DNA of 64,000 nucleotides, from contig OZ037846.1 of assembly GCA_964035575.1 (NCBI GenBank), positions 496,001 to 560,000 of the forward strand, given 5' to 3'. The position numbers and the translations under genes are program-made. Below are positions 23,720-33,974 of this stretch, piece by piece. The DNA comes from Rhynchopus sp. YZ270_cl-10. Taxonomy: Eukaryota. Below the pieces are notes generated by a model. The model saw only the letters and a list, made by a program, of their open reading frames with translations, was not told the origin of the DNA and did no database searches. How positions within the stretch are numbered: position 1 is the first letter of the stretch; every line of letters begins with the position of its first letter.

Positions 23720-26064
23720 TAAAAAGTAACGAGGCGCACAAACCTTAAAGCATGACAACAACCGTTATTTGTGTTTCAGTGATTCCAATAAAGGGTCCTT
23801 GAATCAGAGAAGGAATTTACCAGGCTCCTTTGTCGAACTAGCCAGGTTCGAGACAAGCATGATATTAGGTTTTGGGCCGCATGTTTGTGCTGTTCAAATG
23901 GAAATATATTGGAGGACACAGGAATATACAAATAGTTATTATACATAGCGCTCTAATTAGAGTATTAGGGTATAATTAGAGTCTGGGATTTTGGGCCAAG
24001 TCAGTTAGAGTCCAGTTAGAGTATAATTAGAGTCGCTTTTCTTCAATTAGACTATAATTAGAGTGCAGTTAGAGCATAATTAGACTCTAACTACACTCTA
24101 ATTATAGTCTAATTAGAGTAAAACAACAGGCTTCTTGTAGGTGCAAACGCCGTAAGGAACCGGTTCCCCTAAGGTTCCTCTGTAGGACCCAGGTGCCCAG
24201 ATACCCACATAGCTGAAAATAAGACTTGGGGAACCGAGTTCTCAGCCGGACTGGGACACAATATGTGAAGGCGCTGTGGTCCGCCTGAAAGCGGGTCGGG
24301 GACCCGGTCGCGGGAGGGTGGGGGCCTAGTCCTAGTCCTACTGTACCTAGTACCCAGTACCGGGACTCGGGACCCGGCTTATTCTCAGCTATGGGCACCC
24401 AGGTACTCAGACCCGCGCAGTGGCACATGCCCTCAAGTGTGTGTGCCCCATACATTAGGGAATGCGATGCAAAAACTCTATGTGCACCTCCGGTGCAACG
24501 CCGCAGACAGGCCAAGCAGCGTTGGACTCAGAGGAATGCCTGCTGTGCAGGTATCAAACATGAGAAACTCCCAGCAACAAGGGGCGCCTTTTGGCGGGCA
24601 TTATTGAAGGTGTTTGGGGTGCAAAATTTTCTACAAATGTTGATGCGCGGGTACAGAAGTGGTGTCTTGTTCTTTCATCTGTAGGAATGTAAATATCAAT
24701 CGAATTTAACTACCACTAAGGGGTCGAAGGGGTAATCCCAGTATCAAAGGCTGTGTTGACGGGAAATCTATAGCGAGCATACGTTCATTTCAGCCGAAGA
24801 AATACTACTTATGAACCCAGGAGAGATCCAAGCCTCGCGTTGAACAACTACCCGCGATCGACAATACCAAAAGAGAATTCATAACAAAACAACACTGCCC
24901 CATACACACTAAATAGCCATGCTTCAAGTGCATGCCCCTGGGCCAAAATTCCTGTGCTAAAAAGGCAACAAGACCATCCACAAGGAGTGTGAATTGTGCA
25001 CTGGTTTTCTGGGGGAACAAACAATATTTTCTTGTGTCTGGTTCTCTGCAAGCAGAGAACAGACTATCTGGATTACAAAGTAGAATTTCTTGCACTAGCT
25101 ATGACCCCTGGGTTGATGGCTATAGCATTGATTGATGTGCCCCTCTTTATTGACCCTCTTATAGGACTCTAATTAGACTCTAATTAGAGTCCAGTTAGAG
25201 TATTAGAGTTCAGTTAGAGTTTTAAAGACTCTAATTATACTCGAACTGCCGACTCTAATTATCTAGTTAGAGTCTAATTGGAGCGCTATGTATAAGTTAT
25301 TGTTGCAGTATCTTCTTACTTTATTTGCGACGTAAAAGAAAATGGGGGGGAAACATAGGATCAGACAAGAAAATGCATGTTGCAATCGCGCGTAAAGCTA
25401 ACGATAAGCCACCCTGCAACACGGTTCATCGAGGCTCGTTGACCTACCTCAGGCTAATTTATTCAAAACAAAACCTTTTGGGGGCTTGTGGAAAAATGCC
25501 TTCTATCGTGAAGTGTGGTATCTATAGATGGACTTCATGAAGTACGTAGGTATTGCAAGTCTTGCGTTTCTATTTAAAAATTAACGAGGCACACAAACCT
25601 TAAAGCATGACAACAACCGTTATTTGTGTTTCAGTGATTCCAATAAAGGGTCCTTGAATCAGAGAAGGAATTTACCAGGCTCCTTTGTCGAACTAACCAG
25701 GTTCGAGACAAGCATGATATTAGGTTTTGGGCCGCATGTTTGTGCTGTTCAAATGGAAATATATTGGAGGACACAAGAATATACAAATAGTTATTGTTGC
25801 AGTATCTTCTTACTTTATCTGCGACGTAAAAGAAAATGGGGGAAAAAATCAAAGGATCAGACAAGAAAATGCATGTTGCAATCGCGCGTAAAGCTAACGA
25901 TAAGCCACCCTGCAACACGGTTCATCGAGGCTCGTTGACCTACCTCAGGCTAACTTATTCAAAACAAAACCTTTTGGGGGCTTGTGGAAAAATGCCTTCT
26001 ATCGTGAAGTGTGGTATCTTTAGATGGACTTCATGAAGTACGTAGGTATTGCAAGTCTTGCGTT
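23720..26064. repeat. About 490-bp tandem duplication inside the hammerhead element; first copy split by a MITE
   Basis: 23720-23939 plus 25301-25568 matches 25576-26064 with few substitutions. Confidence 0.85.
23940..25294. mobile_element. Non-autonomous TIR element with TAT..ATA ends and 6-bp TSD (IS3EU-like), carrying the shared core (element 3)
   Basis: TIR TATACATAGCGCTC. TSD AGTTAT at 23934-23939 and 25295-25300. The empty site CAAATAGTTATTGTTGC is visible near 25784. CTCTAATTAGAG-type subterminal arrays. Confidence 0.88.
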
Positions 26065-26543
26065 CCTTCTTGTTCAGGGGGAGGAAACTTAAAATAAATT
26101 GAAAAAGACCCTGCTTCTCAAGGGGTCGTTCAAGGTTTTAAATATAAAGGAGTACTGTTTGTTTTTGTTTCTGGCTATGTACATACACTTTTGTGTAGCT
26201 CAATAACCTATTGCGCCCGGCGCCTCTCTAGTCCAGCAGGCCGTATACCGTAGGCAACGCGGTGACATAGTGATAGGGGAGTTTGAAAATGTTTGTTGTT
26301 ATGTTTGTACTCTTTGTTTTTGCTATTTTGTGTTTGTGTTTGTTTAGCTTTTTTAGATCCTTAACCAAAGCGATGTGCGAACTTTAATGTAGTTTCCGGC
26401 TTACTCTGTCGCAGTGGTTGTACGGGAACTTTCAGTGCTTTTTCAAAAAAAAAAAAAGGAAAAAAAGAAAAAAGGAAAAAAAAAGGGGGGAGAAAAAGTC
26501 AAAATAACCTTGTTTTTCAAAATAAATGTCAAAATAAAAAATT

Positions 26544-26614
26544 CTGGTTTCAGCGGTCTGCTCCCTGACCAGGAAAAAGCCCTTCGACCGCGCTCATCAG
26601 AAGGAGCAAGGGCT
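26544..26614 (-). ncRNA. Predicted non-circularly permuted hammerhead ribozyme, copy 2
   Basis: Identical to 23413-23483. Confidence 0.72.
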
Positions 26615-27659
26615 AAAAAATAAAAAGGAGGGGGAAAAGGTAGGATACAATAAAAAGCTTTTTATGTGAAAGCAATTTTATTGGTTACAATGACGAAAAA
26701 ACAGCAGCAGGAATTTCATGTTCTTTTTGCTTTTGTGTGACTCCGCGGGGTTATCGGACCCTCCCCGGAATGCTGCACTTTGGAGTTGCTGACAGGGAAA
26801 CACAAACGGGGGTGGATTGTGTTTTTGTATAGTTTCTTTTCCTTTTTTTTGATAAATTGTTGGAGTAGTGTAGTTGCCTCGGTTGTGTTGCCACAGTTGT
26901 GCAATCTCCGCTGTGCAGCATTCCGGGGAGGGTTCGGTAACCCCTTTTTTTTTTTTGAATAATCAAGCCTTGCCAAATAGAAATGGAAAATGGCGGATGG
27001 TGCCCGCTTTAGCGGATTTGGTTTGCTTACTTCGACTTTACATGCACCTCACCTCACATTCATCGGTGAAATAAACACAAATTATTTTGCGGTGCAATAA
27101 ACGGAAAAGTGTTTTATTGTCTTTCATTTTATGCATTTATGCTTCACTGTCGTATCCTGAAGTCGTTTTCTATTATTTCATTTTTTTTTTTTGGCCTTTT
27201 TTATTTGCTTCTGCTCTTGTCGTTGCTTTTTTGTTGTATCTCTTTCCTTCCTACTAAGCCATCCCCTCCTATCTAAGAGGTGAAACCAGCCGCGCCACCG
27301 ATGTCGTGAGCTGCTCACGTGTCAGCTTGCTGAACTTAGGGTCCGTTTTGTCTATGTACTTGGCGTACAACTTCTGTCTCAGATCGCGCCTGCAGTCCTT
27401 CCGCTCATAAAACCTATTTTTTTGTTGTTTCGACAAACACCTAAAAGGAACTATCTGAAAATCTGACATCCTTATTTCACAAAAAGAGTAGTTGAAACCT
27501 AAAACGCATCTCAGTCAAGCTCATGCAAAAGGGTGGGACGTGGGCGACAATACAAAATGCCTTTTGATACAAGATCTCAACGATTAAGATATTATTTTTC
27601 AATCGAAAGATGGAGTTTTTATCCACTCTCTACACAGATCTCAAAGAGAAATACGGTAA

Positions 27660-28063
27660 GGGCACGGTAATTTTTTTTCTTGGTAAGCGTCAGAGCACTT
27701 CTCAAAAAAAAGTACGCACGCACGCAAAAAAAAATTATGCAGTAAAAAAAATTATGAGTGGTGAAAAAAATTATAGAGGAAAATTACAGTGGGGGAAATA
27801 CAGGTACCAAAAATATTTTCCCACCAATTTTTGCCCACAAAAAATCGGGGGAAATTTTTTTTGATTTCGGCTCTCAGGAGTCTGTGTGTGCTGTGATGGG
27901 GTCAATTTGCGCTGAAAAATGTACATTTTTTACCTAAAATACATTGTTGAGTTATTGAGGGCCCCCCTTTATAATTTTTTTTTCTGCATAATTTTTTTTC
28001 CCTGGAATCTCAAAAAAAAAGTACGCACGCAGACGATTACCAAAAATAAAAATTACCGTGCCC
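27660..28063. mobile_element. PIF/Harbinger-like MITE
   Basis: TIR GGGCACGGTAATTTTT/AAAAATTACCGTGCCC with 3-bp TAA on both sides. Confidence 0.85.
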
Positions 28064-28208
28064 TAAGTAAAGTTTCTTCATTTTTTTTTTTTTTATTATT
28101 CAAAAATTGCAAAAAACCCTCCTCCTTGAGGAATGATTTGGGCGACCGTACCCAATACTATTTTCTCCTTTTAAAATCTTCGTAGAAATAAAAAAACCCC
28201 CCCCCCAT

Positions 28209-29251
28209 TAGGGGGTGCGATGAGGCCGTTTTTTCTGTAACACACCCGAAAAAATCATAAAAAGTGTAAAAAAAAATCAGTCGAAAACACAAAATCACCC
28301 CAGGAAACACATTTGGTGGACTATTCCTTACTTTTTGGTGCCTTTTTGGCACTTTTTGGCACTTTCCCCCCCGATTTTTTGACACTTTTTGTCGCATTTT
28401 CACCCAATTTCCCCCTTTTCTGAGGGTATTTGATACAGGGCGATTTATCAAAAAATTCAAAAATTTAAAATATTCCAATACAAGAGGAAAAGTGGATTTT
28501 TCCAGTCATATGTGTGCACAGAGTGATTTCCGTGGGGTTTTGGGGCCAAAAGTCCATTTTTCTTTATGTCTTCGCTGAAAATTTTGAATTTTTTTTATAC
28601 ACAAAAACCACATTTTAGCCGGGAGGAGAAAGTGTTGCAAAAGTGTTGCAAGAGGGGTTTTTGACCTGCAGGCACCAAAATCGACCAAAAAGTGGTCGCA
28701 AATATGATTTTCCACCCCTCCTGGGGTGGGGAGGGTAACTCCTGAGGGTTTTTGTGACCTCTGTGGACCTTTGGGTGGAGTTTTTTGGGTTCTCAGGTAC
28801 GGAACAAGTCTGGAAACTACTAATGTATAGGTGATTTTTAGCGTTGCACCCGACGAAACACCTCTTGGAGACCCAACCTGGACCCCTAAAAGTCACAAAA
28901 ACCACATAATTCCACCCTGGGACCCCATATGAGGGCGAATGGAGTGTTTTTTTGGTGTTTGGAGGGTTTTCTGGGGGCTCGGGAGAGTATTTTCGAAAGT
29001 GTTGCATTTCGGCCAAGACGTGTTACATTTTTGTTACATGTTTTTCGTGATTTTTTCAGAAAAAATGCATTTTTTTTGGGTAGGAAAGCTCCTGCGGTGA
29101 TCGTCCGGTATTTTACTGGGATATTTTGCTGGTCCCCAGGCGGATTTGCGGCCAGGTACGCCCTTTTTAGTGGGATTTTTGACCTAAATTTCAAAAAAAT
29201 GGGTTTGTTACACTAATTCCTTAAGGATTTCTACTACCGTTGCACCCCCTA
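28209..29251. mobile_element. Non-autonomous TIR element related to the 41862-44156 foldback
   Basis: TAGGGGGTGC/GCACCCCCTA ends, flanked by C(n)AT on both sides. The right part (AAATTTCAAAAAAATGGGTTTG..TCCTTAAGGATTTC) resembles the foldback arm. Confidence 0.7.
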
Positions 29252-29369
29252 CCCCCCCCCCCCCCCATCCCCTCCCTTTCCTCCCCTTCATGCAGAGTAA
29301 CGCGCCCTTCCTCTCCAACCCCATCTACAAAACTATCAAGCACAATTAAACAGAGCACAAAAAGCACTT

Positions 29370-31841
29370 TCAAAAAAAAAAAAAAACATTTTCAAACCCT
29401 TCATACATTCTGTTATTGCTCTCCTTCTCCTGCTCTGTATTGATGCGGTGCGTGGTAGGTTTAGTCAACCATTTGGCGGTTGCCTTTTTGCTTATTTCTG
29501 CTTCTCTTTGGACCGACTCGTAGAACACCCTGTTTACCAGCATATCTTCTTCCGGCTTATCAAACACCACCTTTTTCACCTTCGCAAGCACACTCACCAG
29601 CTGGCTTTCATCCGCTTTGGTACGCCGTTCATGCCGCATCGTTGTTTCTTGATCATGCAGTCTCAAGGTAAGATTCCTTTGCGATAATGGATCCAATTTT
29701 GGGCCGCGATCCACTAAGGGTAAACTTTTTCGTTTCGGAGGACTTAACAATCTTGTAGAAACCTTCAGTGGAGGCAATGCTGTTGACGCTGTTGAACGCA
29801 ACGCAACAACACGACATCCTTTTGCACTACTCCCACCACCACCACCACCACCACTCTTCACAGGCTGTGTAGACTGTCTTCTTGCGTAGTGACCACGTAA
29901 CACCCTCTCCTCTTGGTGGGTTAAGAGGGCGTCGGAAATGCGAGAGTCATAGTCGCTGTGGAGAACGTCGCGTTGGTCTTCAGTTTTTTCTAAAATGTCG
30001 AGCATCTCAAGGAGGGTGTCTCCAGCGTCGCGGAAGGGCTGTCCGGTCAGTTTTTTGCGTTGTTCTTTGAATTTATCGATTTTGCGGGTATGCATTTCAA
30101 TCTGTTTGTCCTTCTCCCGCAGCGCGGTGTCCCGCTCTTCGCGAAGAGCAGAAAGCTTCTGCGACTTCACCCTCGCCTCCTCAAGCAAGCGTACATCCTC
30201 CTCTTCCGTCTCAATCCTTCCGGTCCGCGATTCCCTGCGGAGCCGAGCGTGCGCTGCATCGACCTGCCGCTCTGCAGCCGTATTCTGTTTGTTCACCATC
30301 AAGGTATGCTCTGCGTGCAGACCCCTTGCGATACGTTCTTCATCTGCAGACAATGTTTCTGGTGGAGATTCGGAAAGAACTGCCTTCAGTGTTGACTCCT
30401 TAGAAGAAAGCTCTGTCTGGATGCGATCTTTTCTTGAAGATGCTGAGTCCGGTTGGGCGTCGATATTGATAAGCTTCTGCCGGAGTGTCCCCACCTCCTC
30501 TGATAAGGCGGCAGCTGCTTCTGCACGGCGTCTTTCAAAATCGGCGTTGGCGCGGAGCTTCGTCTTCACTGCATTGCGCAGCTCCCGCTCCGCAATAATC
30601 TGTTCAGAGTCTCCCTCAGTACGCTTCTTCCCAGAATCGCCCCGTTCTGGATATGGTGGTGGTATGTCACCATCAATATGCGTTTCCTCTGTCTCACCTA
30701 GAGTATTGGAGTCCTTTTTCTCGGACTCTGAAATGGAATCATTTTCAGGCATCTCGTCTGTTTCCTCTTTCGGGGTCTCCTCTGGTGGTGGTGGTGGTGG
30801 TGGTGCCACCTCCTCTGGCGAAGTGCTCTCTGCTGGCGTTTCCGTCTGCTGTGGGTCCTCTGGTGGTGGTGGTGATGGTGGCGGTGCAACCTCCTCTGGC
30901 GAAGTGTCCTCACCAGGTGGCGGTGCTGGCGGTTCGGTCTGCTGTGGTTCTGGGGGTGGTGGTGGTTGCGTCCCCCCCTCACCCTCGTCGTTCGGTGGTG
31001 CGGCAGTATCGGTAGGCCCAGAAGGGGCCTCCCCTGTTGCCGTTCCCTCCTCCGTTGCTTCGGGTGTGGGGATGTCTGTCGCGGGGGGTGGTGATGCTTC
31101 CTCTGCAGTCTCTGCCTCTGTGACAGACGGCTCTGTTGGTGGAGCGGTCTCCTGCGTTTCCTTCGTCTCCTGTGTCTCTTGTGTGTTCTGCGTCTCCTGC
31201 GTCGCTGCCACCTCAGCATCGGGTGGTGTCTCCTTCTCGTCCTCTGCAGGGGGCTCCGGCTCTGGTGGGGTTTCCTCTCCACCTTGAGCAGTGTCCTCTG
31301 CAGGCGGCGTAGCTGCCGTGTTGTCCAGCGCTGTTGTCTCTGCTGGCGTTTCATCTGATTGCTTTGTCTCCTCAGGTGGTGGCGGTGGTGGTGCCACTTC
31401 CTCTGGTGAAGTGTCCTCACCAGGTGTGCTCTCTGCTGGAGTTTCCGTCTGCTGTGGGTCCTCTGGTGGCGGTGGTGGTGGTGGTGGTGCAACCTCCTCT
31501 GGTGAAGTGTCCTCACCAGGTGTGCTTTCTGCTGGCGTTTCCGTCGACTGTGGCTCCTCTGATGGTGGCGGCTGTGTCTCTTCGACAGCTCCCTCTTCTT
31601 CAGGTACTGTTTCGGCCACGGCTGTTTCCTCAGGAGGTGGTGCCTCCGCTTCCGTTTCCGCTTCCGGTGCCTTTTCAGCATCAGCCTGCGTTGTGTGTTC
31701 CTGCCCTGCCTCCTGCGGTGTCTCCTGCGCCTCGCCTCCAGTCTCCTCCGTTACTGTCTCCCCCTCTGCAGGTGTGTCGCCTGCAGGCGCTACGTCTTCC
31801 TGCGTGCAGACCTGCTCTTTCCCCTCATCCTCATCTTCCAT
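29370..31841 (-). CDS. Pro/Glu/Thr-rich repeat plus coiled-coil protein, 823 aa
   Basis: Long ORF with repeats of TPAESTPGEDTSPEEVAPPPPP, a heptad-rich middle and short C-terminal helical repeats. The extreme C-terminus (VFFFF) may be unspliced intron. Confidence 0.75.
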   Translation of the reverse strand: MEDEDEGKEQVCTQEDVAPAGDTPAEGETVTEETGGEAQETPQEAGQEHTTQADAEKAPEAETEAEAPPPEETAVAETVPEEEGAVEETQPPPSEEPQSTETPAESTPGEDTSPEEVAPPPPPPPPEDPQQTETPAESTPGEDTSPEEVAPPPPPPEETKQSDETPAETTALDNTAATPPAEDTAQGGEETPPEPEPPAEDEKETPPDAEVAATQETQNTQETQETKETQETAPPTEPSVTEAETAEEASPPPATDIPTPEATEEGTATGEAPSGPTDTAAPPNDEGEGGTQPPPPPEPQQTEPPAPPPGEDTSPEEVAPPPSPPPPEDPQQTETPAESTSPEEVAPPPPPPPEETPKEETDEMPENDSISESEKKDSNTLGETEETHIDGDIPPPYPERGDSGKKRTEGDSEQIIAERELRNAVKTKLRANADFERRRAEAAAALSEEVGTLRQKLINIDAQPDSASSRKDRIQTELSSKESTLKAVLSESPPETLSADEERIARGLHAEHTLMVNKQNTAAERQVDAAHARLRRESRTGRIETEEEDVRLLEEARVKSQKLSALREERDTALREKDKQIEMHTRKIDKFKEQRKKLTGQPFRDAGDTLLEMLDILEKTEDQRDVLHSDYDSRISDALLTHQEERVLRGHYARRQSTQPVKSGGGGGGGSSAKGCRVVALRSTASTALPPLKVSTRLLSPPKRKSLPLVDRGPKLDPLSQRNLTLRLHDQETTMRHERRTKADESQLVSVLAKVKKVVFDKPEEDMLVNRVFYESVQREAEISKKATAKWLTKPTTHRINTEQEKESNNRMYEGFENVFFFF

Positions 31842-32517
31842 TGTGCAAAGGGTACGGGGTGGGCAGGAGGGTGGGCGGTGGTCCTGCTATGGGGAGGTGT
31901 ACTGCAATAGGAAGGGTGACCCAGTTGTCGTTTTGTCCTTTGTCTATTTAAATAAAAGGGAAAACGATAAGTCACCACGTTGTCATTAGTCGTTGGCCGT
32001 CGTGCATGAAGCGCAACGTCCGTAGTGCCCAGTAGACCTCCAGCGGAAGGAACGGTTCCCTTACTCTACGTTGAGCCTCCGTGGCGAAGAAGTGGATCTC
32101 CGTGGAAGCGGTAGTGTGTGTCATGTCCGCGGATGGAGGGAGGGGAAGGAGGGGGGGAGTGGGTGTGGTAGGGGAAAGGGGAAAGGGAAAAGGGGGAGGT
32201 GTGTCAGTGTTGTTGTTCGGAGGTGTCGGGGGGAAGAGAGATGTGGTTCCTTCCCATCGTAGTGTCCGATAAAGCGAAGTGTGGCAAAGAAAAGAAATGT
32301 TGTCAAGAAAAGTGATGACCCAATCCGTTCGTGTGGGTCAGCTTCTCAAACAGAAATAAGCAGGCAAAGCACACTCATATGTGAGTGTGTGCCTGTACGT
32401 TGTGGAATATAAAAAAGTGGAATGTAACAAAAAGAAGGCAAAACAATAACACAAAAAAAGAGATCACATAAAAAAAGGTGGTCACGCGGAGTGGCGTAAC
32501 CTCTGCTGCCTGAATGC

Positions 32518-33504
32518 TCAGACAATCGAGGTCACAGGGGACTCGTTCAGGCCGCACTCGTTCGAGCCGTAGGACACACGGATGTATCCAGACTCTCCCC
32601 AGGTGGTTCCCCAGGAGTTCTTGATGATCCAGTAGTCAGCGCCGTATCCGACAATGAGCACTCCGTGGTCAAGCTGGCATCCGAAGATTCCACAGCAGGT
32701 CGTCAGCACTCCGCCCGAGTACGACTGCCACTTCTGCGCGTCCACGGCGATGGAGAGGGGTCCTCCGGTCGACACGAAGGTCTTCATCTGTGCCTCGGTG
32801 TGGGTGATGTCCTTGTACGACGAGATCGTGGCCCCAACAGGCTTCCCAGTCAGAGACTCGCAGGTGTGGCGGATCCCGGTCCCCGACTTGTAGGGGTACG
32901 AGTCCTCAGTCACAATGTCTCCGTTGTGGTTCGAGATCAGCCACTTCAGGGCGTTGTCCATCAGACCGCCGTTGCAGCCCTGGTCGACCTTGTCGCACGA
33001 CACAAGCTCCTGCTCCGACACAGAGGTCAGGGTCTTCCCCGACAGCTGCCACTGGCCCTCAATGCCTCCCGTCGTGGAGAACGCCCAGCACGATCCGCAC
33101 TGTGCCTGGTTCTTCACGTGGGTCACGGCACCAGCCGACCTCCAGTCCTTCGAGTCGGCGGCGGCAGCCACCTGCTCCTCAGTGAACATGGCAGGGGGCG
33201 ACTGCTTCTTCTCCACCTTCATGTTGTGGTACGACTTGAACTCAGCAGCAGACATGTCGGAGAACACGTTCATCCCGAACTGGGCTCCCTTGGTCTGCTC
33301 CTTCTCGAAACGCGACGCCTTCAGCATGTTGGCGGTGAAGATCCCGTAGCGGCGCTGCTCCTCCGCGATGCTCGAGTACTGCTTCCCGTGGTCGTTCTTG
33401 AAGGTGTTCCACAGTAGCTGCGAGTTCGCACGCACGTACTGCTCAGAGTAGCCGTGTGCCTGGCTCGCCAGGAGGGCACACACAATAAGGGACAGGGTGC
33501 GCAT
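32518..33504 (-). CDS. Cathepsin L-like papain-family (C1A) cysteine protease with I29 prodomain, 328 aa
   Basis: Signal peptide MRTLSLIVCALLASQAHG, ERFNIN/GNFD-like prodomain, QCGSCWAFS, LDHGVLIVGYG and KNSWG. ATG at 33504. Confidence 0.96.
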   Translation of the reverse strand: MRTLSLIVCALLASQAHGYSEQYVRANSQLLWNTFKNDHGKQYSSIAEEQRRYGIFTANMLKASRFEKEQTKGAQFGMNVFSDMSAAEFKSYHNMKVEKKQSPPAMFTEEQVAAAADSKDWRSAGAVTHVKNQAQCGSCWAFSTTGGIEGQWQLSGKTLTSVSEQELVSCDKVDQGCNGGLMDNALKWLISNHNGDIVTEDSYPYKSGTGIRHTCESLTGKPVGATISSYKDITHTEAQMKTFVSTGGPLSIAVDAQKWQSYSGGVLTTCCGIFGCQLDHGVLIVGYGADYWIIKNSWGTTWGESGYIRVSYGSNECGLNESPVTSIV

Positions 33505-33974
33505 TTTAGTGGATATTACTGTTTTGGTGATGGTGTGGGGGAGTAAATAGTGTGTGGAGCAGGGGACGAGTGCATCGTCTTCACATTCCAACTTACAGAA
33601 CACAGCACAGTTTTTCCTCCACCGTACCATTATCACGTCACAAAGGGTATGTGGTACATTGGCTGGACGCGACACTGTACACCTGTTGCTTGGTGTTGAA
33701 TAACGTCGCCTTTGTGCTGCAGAAACACAGAAATCCAGAGACTGATGCAGAGATGTGTCACAACGACGTCGTGCACTCTCGTTGGGTAAGAACACCACAT
33801 TCTCATCTCGTTCATCACTCGATAAATGACGGTGGGCTTTACATTTCGTGGAATCATGAATTCGACACAGATTGGTACTAAACTGGACCAAACATTTCCC
33901 AAACACAGTTATCAAGAAAGGTCTGTTGAACGTGAAGCAAGTGCCAGATGTAAATCTGAGCAAACACAACAGTG

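Larger units (their letters stand above)
23150..26739 (-). mobile_element. Retrozyme/Penelope-like non-autonomous element with 458-bp terminal direct repeats
   Basis: 23150-23607 equals 26281-26738 (offset 3131). Flanked by ACTCCGCGGGG(TT) at 23140-23152 and 26740-26752. Each repeat holds a hammerhead motif. Confidence 0.7.

Noticed and set aside
29995..31989. Plus-strand 430-aa and 232-aa ORFs and a His-rich alternative frame
   Set aside because: Shadows of the low-complexity minus-strand gene.
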